DNA of 63,965 nucleotides, counting the filler, from Collodictyon triciliatum (Eukaryota): NCBI GenBank assembly GCA_043381765.1. It is 6 parts of 6 records of this genome, joined end to end, with 100 filler letters (N's around TTAATTAATTAA, not from the genome) between each part and the next. Parts side by side here need not be neighbours in the genome. Positions count along the whole stretch, not along the records: positions 1 to 26,951 come from JBHJMP010000076.1; 5 more parts are not named here. The stretch is one strand, 5' to 3'. Every line of letters begins with the position of its first letter. Within the stretch, counting starts at the first letter, position 1. Both the position numbers and the translations under genes were made by a program. The notes below the pieces were generated by a model. The model saw nothing but the letters and a program-made list of their open reading frames with translations. It made no database searches and was not told the origin of the DNA. Of the stretch, positions 13,166-24,295 are shown piece after piece.

Positions 13166-16100
13166 TCAGGTTCGGCCAGGACGACTGTCGCGACCAAGAG
13201 GAGTACCAGATTTCTTTTCTGCAGGCCCAGAGGCTGTTGATTGTTAAGAATAATAAAGACTTTATGAGAATTGTACAGCTTCGTTCTGCTCAAAGAGATA
13301 TCCCACCATGCATGAATGTCAAAATACTGATATTATATGACATATGTAATGTCATAATCCCCCACATTAACACATATGATAGTCATAAAATTATTCCATC
13401 ATCACACATGCAAGAGGACGAAAAAAAAAAAAACTAATCAATATAAGGTGATGTGAGGTTACCTTTGTTTGCAGGGGGTGGTGGAGGTTGTCTAATTTTG
13501 AATGGAATTGATAGAGATGATATTAGATCTTCATCATGGGCGCGAGTCGAGTCCACAAATGTAAGGAAATAGTCTCCTTCGCTTAAGTCTGCTGGGATTG
13601 GGCTGTAGGATTGCAGTGGTATGAAATGGTCATTTAAAAAAACACCATGACATTAATTATATCGGTAAAATAAAAATTAAAATTAAAAATAAAAATAAAA
13701 ATAGGAATAGGAATAGGAATAGGAATAGGAATAGGAATAGGAATAGGAATAGGAATAGGAATAGGAATAGGAATAGGAATAGGAATAGGAATAGGAATAG
13801 GAGTAGGAATAGGAATAGGAATAGGAATAGGAATAGGAATAGGAATAGGAATAGGAATAGGAATGGGAAAAGAGAAATAGGAAAAGAGAAATGGGAAAAG
13901 AGAAAGGAAAGTACGGACCGATGGAATCATAAGAAAATTCAATAATATTTTTCTGCCGTAATTATCAACTTACAGGTCAAATATAACAACACCAGATGAT
14001 GAGCGTTGTGATATTGTATAAACTGCTGGAAAACTCGACGCATCGAAGGGACCTTGGATGTACTTGGCTGGAGTAGGAGGTGTTGTAGTGTTCATAGAAT
14101 CCTGTGGAGAAAACTTCAAAAAAAGGATATTTATTAGGTAATGTCTTGAGAATTGGTACATTTGACGAGGTAATCAATTTTATTAATAGGTAATATCCAC
14201 CTGGAATAATTATATCAATAGTGTCTTATTTATGTATACCGGCTTTTCCTTTTCTTTTTCGGACTTTGGGCGCCCCTTTGATGCAACAGAGCCGGGAGAG
14301 TTTGCCCTTTTTATAGACGCATTTTGGTCTGAACATAAAGGGGGGGGGGGGTTATTAATATTATGGTTATGAAAGTGGCAAAAAATGAAATCAAAAGTTT
14401 CTACATTAATGTAAAATACGTTTAATTTGTGCATATTCTAGGTATTTATAATTTTAGCTGGGTTCTGCGGTATTCATAGTCACCAATCTCTCGAATCGAT
14501 TTCTTTCTTGCAGGAACTGTGGCTTTTGATGCAGGAGATTCGATTGGACTGTCCAGTTTTTTATATGAGGCTGTAATGACTCTCCCCTGTTTACAAGACA
14601 CACATACACATACACATACACATACATACAAATCACACAAAAACACACAATTATCAGATCAGTATTTTTTAAAATAATCATATATTTTAAAAAGAGAGCA
14701 TGTAATATTGTACAAAGCGAAAGGTAAACCCAAATGATTCTGCTTGTTTGATCATCAGTAAAGTTTCAATTATACCGTTTCAGCATCAATTGTTATCCCA
14801 TCTGCGGTTTGAATAAAAATTGTCATTTTCGGAAGAGAGGTAGCCCCTATGTCCACCTCAACACTGCAGTAGTTTTTGGGTCAATAAAAAAAAATAATCT
14901 CCAATCACCAATGTGCTCCGAATAAATAGGGTCATAGCGAGCGACCAGAAACAAGATATTAAAAAAAAAATTTTCCTTTATTCTATTCAAAGTGAACAAG
15001 ATATTAAAATAATAAAACGCATTTCATCGAATAACGAAATGAAGAAAACAAGGATCCTTTCATAAAATGACATACCTCCCTTGATTAGTGATCTCCATTT
15101 TATGTGGAATTACTGAAATTAATTGAAAGTTAGGGTAGATATATGTGCGGCCAATCGTGCATAGGAATTCATAGTAATATACTACGATAGTTGCTTTTAT
15201 TTTTGGATGAATGTTTACACTCTTGTTTCCCATTAAGAAAGCACCCTTCGTATACGATAGAAGAAAATGATCGAAATAGCCGACCCCTATATTCAGAAAA
15301 GAAATAAACATGAGTGGCACGAAACTCCCGGTTCACTATAGGTTTGTACTTTGATATTACAAGTGAGAGTTCAGAAGGGTGTGTGGGGCATAATGGTAGT
15401 GCCCAGATGATTATCTACGGGTGTGTTTATGATTACCTTCCATGCCACAGCCCATTTCTCCATTCCCCCGAGTAAGTATCACCAGAGGCATAATTGGTAG
15501 AGCCCTATTTCAATTACGATTTGAGGCAGGAATAAAAGAGATATGTATACATTTAATTTGCATGCAGATATAGTCCAACCTTTCCCTCAATTTTACCCAG
15601 ATTCATTTCCCCTTCGTAATAATCTCCATTGGGGTATCGAATATATCCTACCCCATGCGGGCGATTGTGATCAAACTGTCCCTCATATACAGTTTTGTCC
15701 TTCATGATGAGCTTCCCATGCCCTGGTTATGTCGTTTCATTGACGATCGTTTGAAGGGAGAAAAAGCGTAAGTTATTTTGAAAATATATGACAGGTGACC
15801 AAGCATATGTACAGTCTATACACATCTCAGTCTAGAAAACTATATTTTTTCTTTAAAATTTTTTCATTCTCATCTTCGTCTAATCTGAGCATGAGTCTCG
15901 ATATTAATTAATCTAGTTTAAAGTGTACCTTTGCGTATGTTAGAAACAAAATCACCCACATACTTCTCTCCGTCAATGCCTGTGAAGTGGAGTGCATAAT
16001 GTTAATCATAACAAACAAAAGCCATTCCAAAATATGCACTTGCTTGTGTATTATAATTAATGAAAGGTATCACATCAAACTCCTGTCAAAGATAGAGAAA

Positions 16101-16752
16101 CCTTCAAATACACCTCTCCCGTTCATTTCTCCTTTCTGAAAAAATCCTTTATAAACGTTTCCTAGATTTCAACGAACATAGACAGGATAATCAAGAAAAA
16201 GCCTCCATACAGATTAAAAGTATTGCAACGGTGATGATAGCGATAACACTCAATTTAATACCAGTTGGCCATGTTTTCTTCCCCTCTCCTTCGATTTCTC
16301 CATCAACAAAGCGTGCCTCTACAACCACTCCATTCCCGAAGGTCATCTTACCGAAACCTAAACTTTCAGAGTAAGTTCATCTACTCCATATTTTTTGGCA
16401 GCAGTATTAGCCAAAATAAAACATAAACAAAGGGAAAATAGAGAGGGAAAGGGCTTTAAGTACACATAGTTTGAGAAAAGGAAAGAATATGATTGACTAA
16501 CCGTTTTTCTGCCCGTCACGCCATTCACCCTCGTAAGTGAAGAATTTATTCTGGTAGACATAGGAGCCGGTTCCATGGCGAATATCTAACACTTTCTCTC
16601 CGCTGTACGCCTGCGATTTTCAACAAATTCGTATCTGGGTATACTTTGTTTGGAAAAGATACATACACAAATGTTTCAGGCGACTAAGGACACATAAACG
16701 AGCACAGGTTGAATAACTAATTTACAAAGAAAACTGGAAAGAAACTCACCAT
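13166..16752 (-). CDS. MORN1: MORN repeat-containing protein 1 homologue
   Basis: Spliced product MAYSGEKVLDIRHGTGSYVYQNKFFTYEGEWRDGQKNG...FVDGEIEGEG...YEGQFDHNRPHG...AETGRVITAS resembles the MORN1 N-terminal repeats (YVYPNSFFRYEGEW) and its ESGRVLQISA motif. The first coding exon is only the ATG (16752-16750), followed by GTGAGT. The last exon is less certain. Confidence 0.8.
13700..13865. repeat. (ATAGGA)n intronic microsatellite in MORN1
   Basis: Direct reading. Confidence 0.95.
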
Positions 16753-16933
16753 CTTTTGTCAAGAGGACTGCAGAAAACGACAAGGCCTTCTTGACCAACT
16801 AGGATAGATGATTGATAAATGTAAAAATAAAAAATAAAAAAAAAATAATTGATCATAAAGGGTAAGTGAACAGAAAATGAAGGAAAGAAAGGAACATGTA
16901 AGCTTCTCAAGAATAAAGTTGAAGTCACCAATT

Positions 16934-17067
<134 letters not shown>

Positions 17068-17706
17068 AGAGACGATTAGCGCTGTGAGAGGCAGTTTCAG
17101 AGGAGGATGGGCGTGCGAGAAAAAGAATATCTAAAATATCAAGGGGTATGAATACTGGGTAGACTTTCTGAAGTTGTTTGGAAGACGCTCGATCGAAGGC
17201 ACCTCCACAAGTTGCGCGCGTTGATGCGAACGGCTGCGCGGAAAGAGAAGCAAAGATTTAACCGTTTTCGTGTCGAACAAGCCAAACTCTGAAGCATAGG
17301 TCACAGCGGAGGGATATCGTTGCACTTGGTTTGGATTTCCACATTTATTTGTATATATATGGCATGATTACAAATTTATGGGCTTTCTTTGCGTTGCCCT
17401 TTTCTGTCAAAAGAAGAGTTGGATCAATCTGTTGGGTTAGAAAAAAAGAGAGAGAAGAAAGGAACACAATGCCAGAAACCTTCACAAGCCGAATGGGATC
17501 TTGCAGAGAAGACGTGGAGTCTTATGCAGTTCTTTAATGTTGGGCACTCGGACTGATGCCAAGCTCCTGTCTTCCATCGCTTTTCTCCTATTTTTTTTTT
17601 GTCTGTTTTTTAAAGTCTGTTTAATCTACTAATATTTGGTGAACACTGCTGACTCAGCAGTCCCCAACAAAGGCTAAGCAATACTCGCGGATCTTGGGCA
17701 GGTAGT

Positions 17707-18986
17707 ATGGGAAACAGCAATCAAGTGGGTGCCTTTACATAACATACTATACCTCTTCTTTTTCTTCCCTTTAACTTTAACACATTTAAAATATGTTCTG
17801 AGGATCACCTCAACATTTGGAAAAAGTCAGAGTAAAGCCTCCTCAAAATACAAGCAAGCAAGCTCATTCAAAAACAAAACAAACAGGCAGGCAGGCAGGC
17901 TCATAATCCAAATATTCGCGAACGGTTATACAAAGTCGTCATTATCGGGGATTCGTATGTTGGGAAGACATCGCTCCTTTCCAGATATGTGGAGAACACC
18001 TGGGTTGATTTTCGGAACTATTGGGTAACAAGCTTCTTCCTTTTTAAGAGAAAAACATGCCATCAAACGAAATCAAATGAGCGTATTTCATGACCGGATT
18101 ATGCTCAATGAAAAAATTAACTAGGGAGTAGACTTTCGTATTAAACGAATACAATGGACCAGTGATTTAACGCTGAAGCTACAAATATGGGATACTGCTG
18201 GTCAAGAGCGCTTCAGAGGCATACATAAAGTATGAAAAATGCAAAGAAAAAATTCATTCGCTGCTGTAAACACTATTTCATTCATACCAGAAAAATTATG
18301 ACTCCATGTTCATTTATAGGCGTATTACAAGAGGATCACTGGTGCTTTCGTATGCTTCGATATTACCGACTTAGGCTCGTTTAATTCAGTGAAGAAATGG
18401 AAAGGAGATATAGACTCTAGCTTGAAAGCAGAGAATAAAGACCCCATCCCGGTGATATTGCTAGCAAACAAGGTATTTTGGCTCATGAGTTAAAATCGCA
18501 GATTTTGCGAGCCGGTTATTATGATTCTTTTTAGTTTTGTTTTGTTCTTTCACTGAAGTAACCTTATGGCTATATTCTACATATTAATTTATTGTTGCAC
18601 GGATTTCAATTAGTGTGATTTACCTCATGACCACATTCTCGAATTGATTCCGACGCTGGATGAGTTCTGCACAGAGAATGGTTTTGCTACATGGTATGGA
18701 TATCATCCATATTGGAATAGACCGTGATGATAAAGTATAATATCTCGAACTTGATTTACATTTAACTTGTTGCTATCGATATTTTTTTGTAGGCTTATGA
18801 CTTCCTCTAAAGAGGGCACAAACGTTGACCTAGCATTCCACCGTCTAATGGAAAAAATGGTTGGCAGTGATATTGTTTTGCCTGACCTACCTTTCACCTA
18901 AACAGGTTGTAGACCTCTCTTTGTCTTTACAACACGCAAATACATCAAAACAAAAAGAGCTTCACGAACAAAGAATGCAGCTTTAA
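17707..18986 (+). CDS. Rab32/38-family small GTPase, divergent, with N-terminal MG motif and no C-terminal Cys
   Basis: [33 protein letters not shown]...[11 protein letters not shown]...WDTAGQERF...KWKGDIDS...[12 protein letters not shown]...[19 protein letters not shown]...EQRMQL-TAA. Confidence 0.85.
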
Positions 18987-19807
18987 TCCTCGATTTCACC
19001 CGTTGTTTTACATGTCAGTACTTCGCCTGCCCTTTGGAAAAAAAAAATATTGTCTGGAAATGACGGTAATCAAGCGTGTCCATGGAAGAACTAAACTGTA
19101 TTCACATGGTTTTTTGGCACTAAACTTTTCCTACTGATTATATTGATAGACGCTCATGTTGAAAATAAAGTAAAAAAAATAGTGTTTGTGTTGTGACTTA
19201 ACTTCAAATCAAATATATGGTTTTGAATATCTATTGCGCCGAAAAGGTGTATCCCCACAAGGTGTAGCTGTCTCTGCAATAATAGCATGCCCACATATAA
19301 ATTTAAATTTGCAAAAGATTGGTTGTGGCGATCACAATAGATTTTGCTGTTCATCAAATGAAATATCATTTCAAATCATCGATTAAAAAAAATGGACGAA
19401 TGTTGTTTCAGGGCTACATATGTGTCCCAAGCGAAGGTGGTTGCGCCCACTACATTTAACCCGCATCCGCAAAACGCACTGCGTCAATTGCAAATTTTAG
19501 TTTCATAAGTAAATGCTATTTTTTAGACATTTATTTGATACCATAATGCACCATAATCGGAATAGAAACTCCAAAACTGATTTTGGTATATATTCCGTAT
19601 TAGCATTTTCAATGAAATGAGTGTCATTGAATCCAGATCGCCACAGCCTTTTCCCAAAATGGGACGACTGCACCACCACAAACCAGAGCGACAATTCTTC
19701 AGGCAGAAGTTCTTCTGGGCACACGAAGGCGAAAATGTCCTACCACGAAAAATACAGACAAGCACACAATCCATTACACGATCACTCAAAGATATTCGCC
19801 ACCCACA

Positions 19808-19869
19808 CACCAAACCAAACCAAACCAAACCAAACCAAACCAAACCAAACCAAACCAAACCAAACCAAA
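19808..19869. repeat. (ACCAA)n microsatellite directly before the M64 ATG
   Basis: Direct reading. Confidence 0.95.
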
Positions 19870-19874
19870 GCAGA

Positions 19875-22800
19875 ATGCTGACGCTTCAACAAGCGTTGTT
19901 TATTGCCGTGGCCTCTGTGCTTCTTGCAACAAGCGCGTCTGGATCTGCCTTTCGCGTGCCCAATCGTCCGCCTCTGGCCGGCCCAAGCAAAGTCCAACGC
20001 GCCGTGTCGCTGCGTCTCTTGGCCGTGATCGACGGGGACGGGCATTGTGAGATTGTTGACCAGGGCATTTCTCAGTACCATGCATCGGCTGCTCGCGGAA
20101 ACGTGTTTGTTCGACGGTAAGTCTTTGTCCGTTTCTCTTTCTTTTTTTTCTTACTCTTTTCTTTTCTTTTCTTTTCTTTTCTTTTCTCTCTCTCTCTCTC
20201 TCTCGTTCATGTGGAATAAAATAACAAACAAGAAAACCCCCGCGTCATTTCCACTTTGAATGTCTCCAAGAGAAAAATATCTCGGGCTGGCCTCTAAAGC
20301 AGACTCTTCAGCTCATTTGCTCCCTAGTCAATAGTTCACTACATTTTGTCTCATCTTTAACCGATAAATATGTATTTTCTCCCCGGCGTAGTTACCCAAG
20401 ACATGTTGAGGAACACACCGAGCTTAGTGGAGAGGAGATGATAGAAATATTCGCACCCTCCCACTATCATCTTCAAAAAGCAGTTACGGAACATTGCAAG
20501 GATATCTCACACAGCGCTGCCGAATATGCAGACGATTCCACCACCACTGTCGCCGATGTTGTTGTATGTGTCGGATTCAGAGATTTTTACTCCAAGCCTA
20601 ACTTTGACAATTGCTATATGCACTCTTTGTCTCAATCAACCGACTCTGCACCTGCCCTTTAACCTGAACAAGAGCAAATCTATTCTGATCTCTCCCATGA
20701 TTGATAGAAAAAAGTCGTCGACAACGGTCCGTCTGAGAACCGCATCGACGTCGTTTTCATGGTTCGAAGCACTAACTGGCATTTTTTTTTCGTATCTCAT
20801 AAGTCCATCCCATCACATGTTCCTTAATTGAACCGTTCGAATTGTTCCCTTGCAAAGGGTGACGGCTACACTGCCCAAGAGGAGTCCAAGTTCGATGCCG
20901 ATATGAAGAGATTGTAGGATTCGTTTTATTATTGTATTCACAAACACGATAGCTTTTTCTTTTTTTCTTCCTTTTTCTTTTTTCATTTTTCATTTTTCAT
21001 TTGTCTTTTCAAGCTAAATATTCTCTAAACCTGTTTGGTAAGTTAAAAATCAAATTTATAGTGTGACCATATATTGATATCCCTTAGGATCGACGATATG
21101 TTCCGAGGAACCACTTTCCGCTCTTACTTGCCTGTTTTCAATGTCTGGACTGTCTTCCGGGCTAGCGTTGTATGTAATTTGTAATGATGGCATTAAACCT
21201 TTGTTTCAAGACTTTTAATTGCATATTGAGGATATTGTTCGTCTAAAAATTATGTACCACCCACACAGGAATCTGGCATCGGGTACTATAGCCGGCCAAA
21301 GGTTTTGCTTTAGAGATTTCCTATAAGACCGTTATTATTAAGCCACGAAAGGGGCTTTTCCTTTGTCAGCAAGCTGACATAAATGTCACCATCAGAATAC
21401 TGCTTTTGGGCTTTTCCGCCAAGGAACTGAGCTGCGCGGAATATATTGTTCCAAGCCCAATATGGCCCGTTCTGCTTGCACCAGCACTGGCCCATTTGCC
21501 TGTGACTACCCCACCCTGATAGGTACTTCAGGCTACTCTTCATTGCCCATGTATTTGTTTTCTTGTTTACTGATTCTTTTTCAGTTCTTTCCCGAACTTA
21601 CTTACCATTGTCTATCCTATTGTTCCGTTCTGTAAAATCATTCTAAACATGCGTTTCACTTTTTAAAACAACAATAATTGCCCAACAGGAAACGACCCCT
21701 ATTGTGAGTATTGAGCCTCTAGAAAAACCTCCCTTTCGAATATGTAATACTGGTCTCCACGCTCAAAAATTAGAAACTTTTCCATTTCCTTTTTGACCTC
21801 TTCCCATTGTATGCAAAACGTAGATGGAGGCCTCGGTGGAGAGTTCAGTATTTCAACATCCTCAGAGACAAGTGGAACCAAGGTTTCAAATGATCGTTGA
21901 TATTGTTCATGATCAACCCTATTATCATTATATAGGGGAAAACATCCATAGGCATAAAAATATGAAAATCAGGTTCTTCGACATGAATTTGGACACAGCA
22001 TGGGCTACGTCGGTGAAGAGTATGATGGAGGTGAACCTGTTTTTCTTTTTTCTTTCTCCTTTCTCCTTTCTCCTTTCTCCTTTCTCCTTTCTCCTTTCTC
22101 CTTTCTCCTTTCTCCTTTCTCCTTTCTCCTTTCTCCTTTCTCCTTNNNNNNNNNNNNNNNNNNNNNNNNNNNNNNNNNNNNNNNNNNNNNNNNNNNNNNN
22201 NNNNNNNNNNNNNNNNNNNNNNNNNNNNNNNNNNNNNNNNNNNNNTTTTTTTTTTTTTATTCTTCCTTTCAACTTTTTGTGCAGGACCGAGGGGGGGGGG
22301 GGTGTTGGCTAAAAGCAACTATACTTGTTATCATAAATGCACATCATCACATATAAACCCATGCCAGGAAACTACTTTGGAGCAAACTTTTCTCCGTCTT
22401 TGGATCGCCTTGGATGGCCTGAATGGCTCACCCAATCCCCAGTTTTGCAGAAGAGCGCACTCCTCTCTCAAGATTACGCCTGGTACGACCTATCTAAAGG
22501 CACTTACAACATTCCCTTCCGAAGCGATGGTACGGCTTTTTTTTTTTTAATTGTTTTTATTGTCCTCTTTGCTGCATGTTATGACAAAGTCCTCCTTGGG
22601 ACCTAGCTATCAGGAATTTTAAAAATAATAACGTTTTCCCCGATTTCCTTTTTTTTTTTAATTCCTTTGATTGTTTATGTTACCTGCCACAGGACAATAT
22701 AAACGATGGTTCATGCGCTTCAGTGTGTCTGGCTGCCCCGAACCTGGCTCTCTTGTTATCACTTTGGATGGAGTCAAACTCAACTGGACCACCAGCGGCT

Positions 22801-23851
22801 TACTCGACCGCAGCTTCTACGAATACTACGTCCCTGAGGCAAGTGTCAGGGCCAACACGCAGTGGAAAAAAGAAAAGAAAAGAAGAAATACGCATTTAAA
22901 TCAAGAATTTCAAATTAAACGCACCGGACTAACACCCCTCTATTGGTGTGTGTGTCTATGTACGTATATAGGGATTCACTGCCGGAAGCCACCTGCTTAC
23001 CTTCTCCTCTGGCTTTACTCCGGCCCCAGGAGCACCCATTCGCCAACTGTGTTCTGTCAACCTGATCGAGTACAAGAATGATGATGAGTACAAGTGGGAC
23101 AACGATGCCATTATTGCGTATCCCAACTATGGCAACCAAGTCGGATTCCGACCCAACAATGAATTTTGCCTGATGAGAAACATGAGCTCGGAGGCCTTCT
23201 GCCGTGTCTGCGTTGAAAATCTGTGGTTTGTTGGTATTTATATCATTTGGTTCTGGTGAATTTTGCAGAAAACTGACACCCAAACCTAGTCATGATTAAA
23301 AGCCAATCCACGCAACGACAGGCACCAATTCCTCACGCGGATGTCGCTGATTGATGACCTTACGGTCAGCTGTGCCGGAAGCGCCGCTAGTGTCACACTC
23401 ACCCCAGTCGGCCTCGCCCAGTTCCGCGACCCCAGCTACCCCCCAGTTGAGAGGGAGAAGTACACGCTTGTCTGGCTCAAAGACGGCATTGAAGTAAGCT
23501 TCTTTGATAACGACAACCGCAAATCACACCGCCAAACAAGCCATTCGTCCGAATTTATCTGGGGTATTTATGCATATATATAATCAGGTCACTGATTTGA
23601 CGGACCAATATTCGTGGAGCCGTGATGTATCCCGCGCGGTGGGCACTTGGACAGCGCGACTGACCTACACAACTCCCGAAGTGCGTGCCAAGCAGGAGCT
23701 GCTGACCTTCGAGGAGAGCTTTGTCATCAATGCCAACGGAATCTGCGCCGTGCAGTCGGCTGCGCACAATCCGATGATGATGCAAGCCGACCAGTTCCGC
23801 AACAAGATGAACAACAACATCCCCCACTTTGTTCAAGACCAGCGCGCTTAA
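19875..23851 (+). CDS. Secreted zinc metallopeptidase, peptidase M64 (IgA peptidase) family
   Basis: Signal peptide MLTLQQALFIAVASVLLATSASG. Motifs NGPSENRIDVVFMGDGYT, FGLFRQGTELRG, GNDPYYGGLGG, LRHEFGHSMGYVGEEYDGG (HExxH) and CLMRNMSSEAFCRVC. Confidence 0.85.
22246..22303 (-). mobile_element. Ultra-short poly(A)-tailed insertion, copy 2 (long form, inside an M64 intron)
   Basis: Tn-ATTCTTCCTTTCAACTTTTTGTGCAGGACCGA-G12-T. The left flank lies in an N gap, so no TSD can be assessed. Confidence 0.65.
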
Positions 23852-23968
23852 GCCGTAGAGTTGCGCAAGAGCTTGCCGGAGTCACCCAGCACGCAAGGGA
23901 GGCACAAAAGTAGAGCACTAAAAGATGTTGTCAACACACCCGCTCTGTTTCTCTCTATCCTTTCTGTG

Positions 23969-24026
23969 CATACATACATACATACATACATACATACATA
24001 CATACATACATACATACATACATACA

Positions 24027-24056
<30 letters not shown>
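23969..24056. repeat. (CATA)n microsatellite between convergent genes
   Basis: Direct reading; the same motif recurs at 45346-45430 and 61791-61897. Confidence 0.95.
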
Positions 24057-24059
<3 letters not shown>

Positions 24060-24295
24060 GTATCTTTTCTGCCTTCCGCGCCAACCGCGTATATCCGCGT
24101 GTGACCGTTCATTCATCATCGCCCTCTGCGGCCCTCACTGCCATACATCCTGCGTGTCCTGCGAGAGTGGCATCTGCTGCAGACCGAGGGGAGGAGGGAA
24201 GGAGAGAGCAAGAAGTGGGCGGCAATGGAGAAAAGAAAGGAGGCCCGCTTCATCCCCACACCCGCCTCGCTTCCCTCCTCCTCCTCCTTCCGGGC

